From: an uncultured virus (IMG/VR IMGVR_UViG_3300021399_000148)
Taxonomy: Duplodnaviria > Heunggongvirae > Uroviricota > Caudoviricetes
DNA: 64,000 nt
Strand: one strand, 5' to 3'
IMG/VR virus record: IMGVR_UViG_3300021399_000148
The translations under genes were made by a program, and so were the position numbers. Below the pieces are notes generated by a model that did no database searches, was not told the origin of the DNA, and saw nothing but the letters and a program-made list of their open reading frames with translations. This document shows positions 50,412 to 57,723 of the stretch, in pieces (within the stretch, counting starts at the first letter, position 1; every line of letters begins with the position of its first letter).

Positions 50412-50768
50412 ATGACAAAGAAAGATTTCCTAAAAAGAATTTTGGAAAATAAAGTAACTGAAGAAGTGGTAGAATTTGCTAGAAAAGAATTGGAAAAAGA
50501 GGAACAAAAAGATTTAAAAAGACTTTCAAATCCGACAACTCAGCAAAAAGAAAACGCAAAAATTGCCGAAAAAATTTTAGAATTTTTACAAGATGGAGAA
50601 AAAAGAAGAATTGACGAAATTCTTTCTTTCCTTAATATCAAGGAAATGACAAGACAAAGACTTTCTGCAATTTGTACAAATTTGGTAAAAGAAGGAAAAA
50701 TTTTTACAGAAAAAATCCGAGTTAAAAACGTAGGGACGCGCGCGGTGTACTTCATTTCTAAAAAATAG
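50412..50768 (+). CDS. Winged-helix family protein, paralog 1
   Basis: MTKKDF helical N-terminus plus wHTH; aligns with 52469, 54485, 58110. Confidence 0.7.
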   Translation: MTKKDFLKRILENKVTEEVVEFARKELEKEEQKDLKRLSNPTTQQKENAKIAEKILEFLQDGEKRRIDEILSFLNIKEMTRQRLSAICTNLVKEGKIFTEKIRVKNVGTRAVYFISKK

Positions 50769-50909
50769 TTTGCCGGGCCGCAATTGTCAGAAAATTTTGA
50801 ATTATTTTAATTTTACAAATTTTTCTAAAGGGGTTGACTTCCTAAAAAATATATGATAAAATAATTATAGAAAATAAAGAGAAGAGAAAAATCGAAAGGT
50901 AGGTACACT

Positions 50910-51260
50910 ATGGCAGTTTCCAGAAAAGTTGAGCGTGAAATTCTGAGAAATGATTTTCTTGGAAAAGTTATTGAATCTTTTGAACAGATTGGCGAAGATG
51001 TACTGAGAGTAAAATCCAATGAAGTGGCAATTCCCGTAGTTGGTTGTGAGGGAAACGAAGATTGGGTTGTGATTACTGTAAAAGTTCCGACTGGAGCGAA
51101 TAAGGGTCTCGAACCGTATGACGGTTACGAGATGGCAGAAGAATACGAAATGAAGTTGAAAGAGAAAGAACGCAAAGCAAAAGAAAAAGCAATTGCAAAG
51201 GAAAAGAAGATTCAGAGAGATAAGGAAATTAGAGAAAAGAAAAAGTTAAAAGAAAATTGA
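50910..51260 (+). CDS. Hypothetical protein, duplicate copy 1 (MAVSRKVERE)
   Basis: Strongly similar to 56915..57268. Confidence 0.75.
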   Translation: MAVSRKVEREILRNDFLGKVIESFEQIGEDVLRVKSNEVAIPVVGCEGNEDWVVITVKVPTGANKGLEPYDGYEMAEEYEMKLKEKERKAKEKAIAKEKKIQRDKEIREKKKLKEN

Positions 51261-51328
51261 AAAAAGGGGTTGACAAAAGTCAACCCTTTTGATATAATAT
51301 AGACAAGATAAAGAAAGGAGATAAGACA

Positions 51329-51427
51329 ATGGGAATGGGAATGGCAATAATTTTCGGCGCGGCGTTAGGGTTAATATTAGGACAATTACTGTATGGAGAC
51401 GACATTTTCAAGAAAAGAAAATTTTAA
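51329..51427 (+). CDS. 32-aa membrane peptide
   Basis: Own promoter, SD AAGGAG; hydrophobic helix with basic tail. Confidence 0.5.
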   Translation: MGMGMAIIFGAALGLILGQLLYGDDIFKKRKF

Positions 51428-51492
51428 AAAAGGTTGACAAGCGAATCTTTTTCTGATATAATATATATAGAATAAAGAGAGGAGATAAAGCA

Positions 51493-51690
51493 ATGACAGC
51501 AATAACAGAAAAACTGAATGGAATGACAATTGGCAGACTGAAAGAAATCATTTCCAATATTGATGATAACGTAGAAATTGACATTTGGGATAGTTTGGGT
51601 CTTGTCACAAATATCGAAATTGAAGTTACAAGAATGTTACTTGGAGCAACCGATGTTTGCATTAATATTGATGGAGTTTATCCGTATTAG
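51493..51690 (+). CDS. Hypothetical early protein
   Basis: Own promoter and SD GAGGAG. Confidence 0.65.
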   Translation: MTAITEKLNGMTIGRLKEIISNIDDNVEIDIWDSLGLVTNIEIEVTRMLLGATDVCINIDGVYPY

Positions 51691-51703
51691 AAAGGGGGAT
51701 AAA

Positions 51704-51922
51704 ATGGATATTACTAAACTGACCACTGAGGAACTTGAAAATCTCAGAAAAGGAATTGACTGCGAAATCAGAGAAAGAAGAAAAACAAGGCAACTGACAG
51801 CAATCAATCTTTTCAAGGAAGCATTCAAGGCACTTAAAAACGAACACGTTGATATTTATTTCGACTGTGGCGATGATGAATATCTTGTTCTTTTTGAGGA
51901 TTTCCACTTTGAAGAGGCTTAA
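51704..51922 (+). CDS. Hypothetical early protein
   Basis: SD AAGGGGG before ATG 51704. Confidence 0.6.
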   Translation: MDITKLTTEELENLRKGIDCEIRERRKTRQLTAINLFKEAFKALKNEHVDIYFDCGDDEYLVLFEDFHFEEA

Positions 51923-51941
51923 AAAGTCTCTTTTTTTTATA

Positions 51942-51955
51942 CGAACATACGTTCG
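51942..51955. promoter_or_regulatory. LexA (Cheo/SOS) box
   Basis: CGAACATACGTTCG, perfect match to CGAACRNRYGTTCG. Confidence 0.8.
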
Positions 51956-52061
51956 GACGCGCCGGGCGCCTCTTCATCGCGTTAAAGTATAAAAGTAATG
52001 TATACAGTATTCTTTTAAAATAAGTCTTGACTTTTTTAGAAATTTCGTTTATAATATATAT

Positions 52062-52143
52062 AGAAAGTGAAGAGAGGAGAAGAAAATAAACGGTATATGG
52101 GGAACACCATCCCATTCCTCTCAATCCGCGCGGATTCACTTTC
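52062..52143 (+). ncRNA. Candidate structured small RNA
   Basis: Own promoter 52027; nested stems; no well-placed SD. Confidence 0.45.
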
Positions 52144-52273
52144 AAATCAATTGTCAAGAGGAGAGATAGTAGGTTTAATAAAGGGTACGCGTTCAATTTT
52201 ATAGCCCATCTCAAAAAATAAAAAAATCCTAAAAACCTCTTGACAAATTTAAAAGTCTATGCTATAATATGAT

Positions 52274-52370
52274 TGTCCTCAAGAGATAGGACATAAAGAA
52301 TTTCTCTTCGGCAAGGGCGTACCCGTTATCTAAGCCTTTCTCAATGGCACTACAAAGTGCCATTGAGAAA
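52274..52370 (+). ncRNA. Candidate pseudoknot-containing small RNA/leader
   Basis: Own promoter 52240; TGTCCT/AGGACA plus AAGAGA/TCTCTT; 15-bp hairpin. Confidence 0.5.
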
Positions 52371-52468
52371 AATAAAAAATTTAAAAAAAGGTATTGACAA
52401 ACTTAAAAAACTATGATATAATGTAAATGTAAGATAAAGGAAAACAAAAGTAAAAGAAAGGAAACACT

Positions 52469-52795
52469 ATGACTCAGAGAGAATTTTTCAACGCAGTTAT
52501 CGCAGAAACTCAGAACACCGCAATCAAAGAGTTTGCAACGAACGCACTTCACAAGATGGATGAACGCAACGCAAACCGTTCTGCAAAACCGTCTAAGACT
52601 CAGATTGAGAACGCACCGCTCATTGCTCAGATTAAAGAGATTCTGACCACTGAACCGATGCTTGCAAGTGAAATTGCAGAAAAGGTTGGAATCTCAACCG
52701 CCAAGGCTTCGGCACTCGTCAAGAAAGTCGAGGGTGTACACGTTACCGATGTAAAGGTAAAGGGAAAGGGTGCGAGAAAGGCATATTCTCTTTAA
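52469..52795 (+). CDS. Winged-helix family protein, paralog 2
   Basis: MTQREF...ASEIAEKVGISTAKASAL. Confidence 0.75.
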   Translation: MTQREFFNAVIAETQNTAIKEFATNALHKMDERNANRSAKPSKTQIENAPLIAQIKEILTTEPMLASEIAEKVGISTAKASALVKKVEGVHVTDVKVKGKGARKAYSL

Positions 52796-52835
52796 TAAAT
52801 AGGGTTTGCGGTCATCCCTTAAAACCGCATTATAT

Positions 52836-52919
52836 GGGATTGTATCTTAAATGGCAAAGTATCTGACCTAAATGCGTGCATATCAGACATTGTGGGTTCG
52901 AATCCCACCAATCCCACCA
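52836..52919 (+). tRNA. tRNA-like RNA with expanded 16-nt anticodon loop (identity undetermined)
   Basis: Acceptor GGGATTG/CAATCCC-A-CCA; T arm GTGGG-TTCGAAT-CCCAC; D loop with GG; stem TCTGA/TCAGA. Confidence 0.75.
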
Positions 52920-52950
52920 CAAATTGACACATTGTTACCTCCTTTTCTTA

Positions 52951-52982
52951 AAGAGAACACCGCAAGTCGGTGTTCTTTTTTT
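52951..52982 (+). terminator. Intrinsic terminator
   Basis: AGAACACCG-CAAGT-CGGTGTTCT-TTTTTT. Confidence 0.8.
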
Positions 52983-52992
52983 CTAGAAAAGA

Positions 52993-53038
52993 CGAACATA
53001 CGTTCGCGGCCGGCCAAATGCAGACGAACATACGTTCC
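52993..53038. promoter_or_regulatory. Two LexA boxes
   Basis: CGAACATACGTTCG 52993 and CGAACATACGTTCC 53025. Confidence 0.8.
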
Positions 53039-53145
53039 CGAAATGCGCCGGGCGCGATTGTATACAATATATTTTTAATTTAGGGGTTGACATTCCTCTT
53101 CATATGTGGTAATATTAATACAGAAAGAAGAAAGGAGGATAACAA

Positions 53146-53304
53146 ATGAACAGAACAAGAAAATTGCATTACGTAGTTAATGGATACGGAGAAATAGTCG
53201 GGCGTTTTACCGATAGATACAGTGCGATTGCTTATATAAGATATTATCATTCTATTTGCCCTAAAGAGTGGGTATTTCTTAGAACGATAACGATAAAAGG
53301 GTAG
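53146..53304 (+). CDS. 52-aa hypothetical protein
   Basis: Own promoter, SD AAGGAGG. Confidence 0.6.
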   Translation: MNRTRKLHYVVNGYGEIVGRFTDRYSAIAYIRYYHSICPKEWVFLRTITIKG

Positions 53305-53431
53305 TATAAATACACAAGAAGACTTATTAATAGATACAAATAAAATTTAAAATTAATTTTTAAAAAGGGGTTGACATTCAACCCTTTTTATGATATTATA
53401 ATTATAGAGAAAAGGAAAGGAGATAGGAACA

Positions 53432-53596
53432 ATGACAAAGATGGAAATGGTAAACAGAATGATAATTCTCGGATGCATCAAGGAATCTGACAGAGCAAAC
53501 ATGATGCGTAGAAGTAAGACAAGAATCACTGAAATCTATATCAGAATCGTTCCCGTCAGACTTGAATGGATTGAAGAAAATAAGAAAAAGGGTTGA
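53432..53596 (+). CDS. 54-aa hypothetical protein
   Basis: Own promoter, SD AAGGAG; stop overlaps next -35. Confidence 0.6.
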   Translation: MTKMEMVNRMIILGCIKESDRANMMRRSKTRITEIYIRIVPVRLEWIEENKKKG

Positions 53597-53652
53597 CAAC
53601 CCTCTTCAATTATGTTATACTATAGATACAATAAAGAAAGGGAGATAACATA

Positions 53653-53916
53653 ATGGAAATGACTAGAATGCAGAGTATATGGAAGGAACTTAACTACATT
53701 GTACTTATCGCACTGATTGCAGGTCAGTGTGTTGTAAAAGCAGACTTTTTAATCGGTCAGTTTGTCTATCTGTTCGCCAATGTAATGTCTTTCACTCGTT
53801 GCTTTGTTCTTGATAGACCAATTGCAGACAAAATCAAAGATGGATGTTGTTTAGGCATCACGACTGGATTAATCGCAATGGTAATTCTTGAAAGTTATGG
53901 GATTCATATTGTATAG
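53653..53916 (+). CDS. Small membrane protein
   Basis: Three hydrophobic segments; own promoter. Confidence 0.65.
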   Translation: MEMTRMQSIWKELNYIVLIALIAGQCVVKADFLIGQFVYLFANVMSFTRCFVLDRPIADKIKDGCCLGITTGLIAMVILESYGIHIV

Positions 53917-53936
53917 GAAAAAGAAGGGAGGAAGAA

Positions 53937-54152
53937 ATGCCTATCACAATTATTGGAAATATTGAAATTAATTTAAATGAAGTCATAGATATTAAATCTA
54001 TTAAAGATAACATTGTAGATATGGTAGTAGACCAAATAGACTATGACATCTATAAAGAAATTATAGAATACAGTCCAAATTCTTATCAGGAACTTATTAA
54101 AGATTGTATGCTTTATATAGCACAATATCTTATCGAAGAATACGAGGGGTAA
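53937..54152 (+). CDS. Small acidic hypothetical protein
   Basis: SD GGGAGG. Confidence 0.65.
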   Translation: MPITIIGNIEINLNEVIDIKSIKDNIVDMVVDQIDYDIYKEIIEYSPNSYQELIKDCMLYIAQYLIEEYEG

Positions 54153-54484
54153 TACCCCTCTTTTAGTTCGCGCCGGCCCGCGAATTGTCAGAATATTCTG
54201 TGTTTACGAAAACGATTAAGACTTCATCGAAAACTATTGACTTTCCTCTTCATTTGTAGTAATATATACTTGTCAAGGGGAGATAAAAGAGTAAATGAAG
54301 AAACATGAGAAATCTGATAACAGAGTAATTGGAAAACTCCCCTTGACAAAATTCAAAAAAAATTTAAAAAAGGTCTTGACAAACTTAAAAAAGTTTGATA
54401 TAATAAAGACAAGATAAAGGAAAGGGAGACAGGAACTCCCAAAAGTAAAAATAGGTTGCGACTTACCGCAAGAAAGGAAAAGTT

Positions 54485-54817
54485 ATGACTAAGAGAGAAT
54501 TTATGCAGATGGTTATCGATGGTGTTACTTCTGAGGAAATGGTTGCATTCGCTACCGCAGAAATCACAAAGATGGATGCTCGTAACGCAAAGAGGGCAGA
54601 GAAGGCGAAGGAAGTCAAGCCCGAAGATGTTGCACTGGATGCAAGAATCCATGAGGTTCTGACTTCTGACTATCAGACCGCAACTGAAATCGCTAATCAG
54701 ATTGAGGGTGTTACTCTCGCAAAGGTTGCGGCTCGTCTGAGAAAGATGGATGACATCTCGGTTATCGATGGCGAGTCCCTCGGAATGGGTAAGAAGAAGG
54801 TCTACGCTCTCGCATGA
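54485..54817 (+). CDS. Winged-helix family protein, paralog 3
   Basis: MTKREF...ATEIANQIEGVTLAKV. Confidence 0.75.
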   Translation: MTKREFMQMVIDGVTSEEMVAFATAEITKMDARNAKRAEKAKEVKPEDVALDARIHEVLTSDYQTATEIANQIEGVTLAKVAARLRKMDDISVIDGESLGMGKKKVYALA

Positions 54818-54867
54818 CCTCTTCAATGGGGAACGGACGAAAGTCCGTTCTCTTTTTGACCCAAAAA

Positions 54868-54881
54868 AGAACATACGTTCG
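54868..54881. promoter_or_regulatory. LexA box
   Basis: AGAACATACGTTCG. Confidence 0.75.
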
Positions 54882-54990
54882 CGGGCCGGACCGCGCCGGG
54901 CCGATTGTTAAAAAATTAACTTTTAAAAAGGGGTTGACATTTCTTTTGATTTGTGGTAATATTAATATAGAAAGAGGAAAGGAGAAAAAA

Positions 54991-55206
54991 ATGAAAGTCA
55001 GAGGTTATAAGGATTTTAATGGTTGTCCTAAGTGTGGCGGATATGACTATGAAAGTTGGATTGATGGATTCGATTTTCTTGATTTAGGTGAGCAATACAT
55101 AGCCGTACATCATGTTGTTACTTGTAACTGTGGACACCATTACAGATTTGATGAGATTTATAAATATGAATGTGACTTAATAAAAGAAAGAGAGGTTATC
55201 AAATGA
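54991..55206 (+). CDS. Small Zn-ribbon protein
   Basis: CPKCG...CNCGH; SD AAGGAG before ATG 54991. Confidence 0.65.
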   Translation: MKVRGYKDFNGCPKCGGYDYESWIDGFDFLDLGEQYIAVHHVVTCNCGHHYRFDEIYKYECDLIKEREVIK

Positions 55207-55400
55207 AAATCACAACGAACCATCACGAACACAGATTCGTTCCTGTAGAAAATACAATCCACAACGTGATTAAAATAATGGATATGTTGGATTGTACCTA
55301 TCTCTACAACTCTAAAACTGGTGAAGTAATCAGAATTGAAGATTTATGTAAAACGGTTGATGTTCTGTCAAAATTTTGTCACGTAGATACGATGAATTAA
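55203..55400 (+). CDS. Hypothetical protein
   Basis: SD GAGGT; coupled to upstream gene. Confidence 0.6.
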   Translation: MKITTNHHEHRFVPVENTIHNVIKIMDMLDCTYLYNSKTGEVIRIEDLCKTVDVLSKFCHVDTMN

Positions 55401-55484
55401 TTTTAAAAAAGGGGTTGACAAATCCCTTTTTCCATGCTATAATTAACTTGTAAGTTAAAAAGATACAGAAAGGAAGTAACAACA

Positions 55485-56153
55485 ATGGTAAAAATTGACC
55501 GCAGAAAATCTTATTACATGGTATTCGATACGGAAACTTCTAACGGACTTGATGACCCAATTGTCTACGATATTGGATTCGCAATTGTAGATAAAAAAGG
55601 CAATGTGTATGAAGCGAAAAGTTTCGTAATCTATGAAACTTTCTGCAAGATGAAAGACTTAATGCAGAGTGCATACTATGCGGATAAAATCCCTAACTAT
55701 ATTGAACAGATTGAAAATGGTGAAAGAAAAATTGTTCGATTCGCAACCGCAAAAAAGATTATGCGTGAATTGTGCGAAAAGTATAATGTCAAGGCAATTA
55801 TGGCACACAATGCGAGATTCGACTACAAAGCAACCGCAACCACTCAGCGTTACTTAACAAAATCTAAATACCGTTTCTTCCTTCCTTATGGTATTGCACT
55901 ATGGGATACTCTGAAAATGGCAAGAGACACAATTTGCAAACAGACCATGTATAAAGAATGGGCAAGAAAAAACGGATATGTAACAAAAAACAATCAAGTA
56001 AAAGCAACCGCAGAAATCCTTTACAGATACATCAGCGGAAACAATGACTTCATCGAATCCCATACTGGATTAGAAGATGTATTGATTGAGAAAGAAATCT
56101 TCGCCCACTGCATGAGACAACACAAATCCATGAGAAAAGAGTGCTTCGCTTGA
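55485..56153 (+). CDS. DEDDh 3'-5' exonuclease (DnaQ-like)
   Basis: FDTET, AHNARFD, HTGLED. Confidence 0.85.
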   Translation: MVKIDRRKSYYMVFDTETSNGLDDPIVYDIGFAIVDKKGNVYEAKSFVIYETFCKMKDLMQSAYYADKIPNYIEQIENGERKIVRFATAKKIMRELCEKYNVKAIMAHNARFDYKATATTQRYLTKSKYRFFLPYGIALWDTLKMARDTICKQTMYKEWARKNGYVTKNNQVKATAEILYRYISGNNDFIESHTGLEDVLIEKEIFAHCMRQHKSMRKECFA

Positions 56154-56278
56154 GCACTCTTTTTTGAGCATGCTCAGTGCGGCCGGGCCAAATGTATACA
56201 ATATTTTTTTCAAAAAACTATTGACAAATTTATTTATTTGGTATATAATATCTATAGTAAAAGAAAGGAGAAAATACA

Positions 56279-56431
56279 ATGACTATTACAAAAGAATTAA
56301 ATGACTATTTAAAAGAAGTGATTCGCAATAGTTATAAATGTGCGCATTGTACCTTTAATCATTCGGGAATTTGTTTCTTTGCTTATGAATGTATTAAAAA
56401 AGATTTTCAAAATTTTACCGAAGAAGATTGA
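56279..56431 (+). CDS. 50-aa Cys-rich protein
   Basis: Own promoter, SD AAGGAG; CxxC..C..C. Confidence 0.55.
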   Translation: MTITKELNDYLKEVIRNSYKCAHCTFNHSGICFFAYECIKKDFQNFTEED

Positions 56432-56500
56432 AAAATCTCTTGACAACTTCCGCAATTGGGTGTATAATATCTATAGAAAATAAAGAAAGGAGAAACAAAA

Positions 56501-56839
56501 ATGGGTGTGAGTTATTTAATGTCAATTGGTTTTGGAGTTATTGTTGACGAAGAGAAAGCCGAAACCATAGAAAAATACGTTAAGGAAAAATTTTCCGCAA
56601 ATAAGGCAGACCTCTTCATAGGAGAGTATTTAACTCCTATTAATGCACGGACAAGTGAAGATTATTTTTTAGGGGTTATAAAAGACTTGAGCTATTCTGA
56701 TAGAGTGAAGATTGATAATAATCTTTGTGATATGAGAGCAGTAGTAAAATTCTTGCACATGATTACTGAATATGAAATCATTCAGTTTCTTTCTAAAAAA
56801 GATGAACCAGAATTTTATTTATTAAACTTTTGTTATTAG
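56501..56839 (+). CDS. Hypothetical early protein
   Basis: Own promoter, SD AAGGAG. Confidence 0.7.
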   Translation: MGVSYLMSIGFGVIVDEEKAETIEKYVKEKFSANKADLFIGEYLTPINARTSEDYFLGVIKDLSYSDRVKIDNNLCDMRAVVKFLHMITEYEIIQFLSKKDEPEFYLLNFCY

Positions 56840-56914
56840 GGGTTGACAAACCAATTCAAACATGATATACTATAGGTACAATAAAGAAAGACAGATGAAG
56901 AAAGGTAGGTAATT

Positions 56915-57268
56915 ATGGCAGTATCTCGCAAGGTAGAACGTGAAATGATTAGAACAAACTTTCTCAATCTCGTAGCGGATTATCTCCACTCGGTTGATGA
57001 AGAGGTTTTGCTCGTCAAGTCTAATGAAATCGCAATCCCTGTCGTGGGTTGTGAGGGCAATGAGGATTTTCTTGTAATCACTTTCAAAGTTCCCACTGGT
57101 GCAAACAAGGGGATGGAACCCTATGACGGATATGCAGAAGCCGAAAACTTTGAATTCAAGCAGATGGAAAAGGCGATGAAAATGCAAGAAAATGCCAAAA
57201 AGAAGGCAAAGAAAATTGCTCGTGATGAGGAAATCCGCAAGGCGAAAGCCAATCAGAAAAAAGAGTAA
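56915..57268 (+). CDS. Hypothetical protein, duplicate copy 2 (MAVSRKVERE)
   Basis: Strongly similar to 50910..51260. Confidence 0.75.
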   Translation: MAVSRKVEREMIRTNFLNLVADYLHSVDEEVLLVKSNEIAIPVVGCEGNEDFLVITFKVPTGANKGMEPYDGYAEAENFEFKQMEKAMKMQENAKKKAKKIARDEEIRKAKANQKKE

Positions 57269-57271
57269 CTC

Positions 57272-57301
57272 AAAGGCGGTCGGATTGACCGCCGTTTTTT
57301 A
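57272..57301 (+). terminator. Intrinsic terminator
   Basis: GGCGGTC-GGATT-GACCGCC-GTTTTTT. Confidence 0.75.
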
Positions 57302-57367
57302 TTGTCAACTGCGCAAACAATAAAAGTATTATGTCAACCGCGCGCCGGCGTAAACGCGCCGGCATAA

Positions 57368-57588
57368 CGAACATATGTTCGCAGGTCCGCCGGCCGAAAT
57401 TGTCAGAATATTTCAAATTTTAAGACTTCTTAAAATTCTAATTTCCCTATTGACTTCCCATTAATAGTGTGGTATAATTAATTGGGGGAACTTAAATTGT
57501 CAGAATTTTCTGAATTGTCTGAGTTTTCTGATGTATACAGTATCCCGTATTTTGTATACAGTATACGCGCGGGACGAACGTATGTTCG
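57368..57588. promoter_or_regulatory. Operator cassette: LexA x2, CodY-like x2, TGTATACA x2 around promoter 57450
   Basis: CGAACATATGTTCG 57368, CGAACGTATGTTCG 57575, AATTGTCAGAATATT 57398, AATTGTCAGAATTTT 57495, TGTATACA 57532 and 57553. Confidence 0.75.
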
Positions 57589-57614
57589 CGGTGTGTCAAA
57601 TTTTACGGGTCGTA

Positions 57615-57723
57615 GGGAGCTGCAAAGCGAGCTGCGTTTGGTCAGCCAGGGAGCTGCGTCGCGCGGCTGTGAGGGAGCTGCGTTTACGCGCGGGCTAAGG
57701 AGCTGCATTTTCGAGGGAGCTGC
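57615..57723. repeat. Cluster of (GG)GAGCTGC direct repeats
   Basis: Six copies at 57615, 57629, 57649, 57673, 57699, 57715; related copies at 57829, 57886, 57944. Confidence 0.85.

Noticed and set aside
52337..52370. 15-bp hairpin as intrinsic terminator
   Set aside because: No U-tract follows on either strand; treated as part of a structured RNA instead
52836..52919. Amber suppressor tRNA / stop-codon recoding
   Set aside because: CTA is not correctly positioned after a U33; long genes are intact in code 11 and TAG is used as a normal stop (e.g. capsid)
57615..57723. GAGCTGC repeats as CRISPR array
   Set aside because: Repeats of 7-9 bp with short irregular spacers
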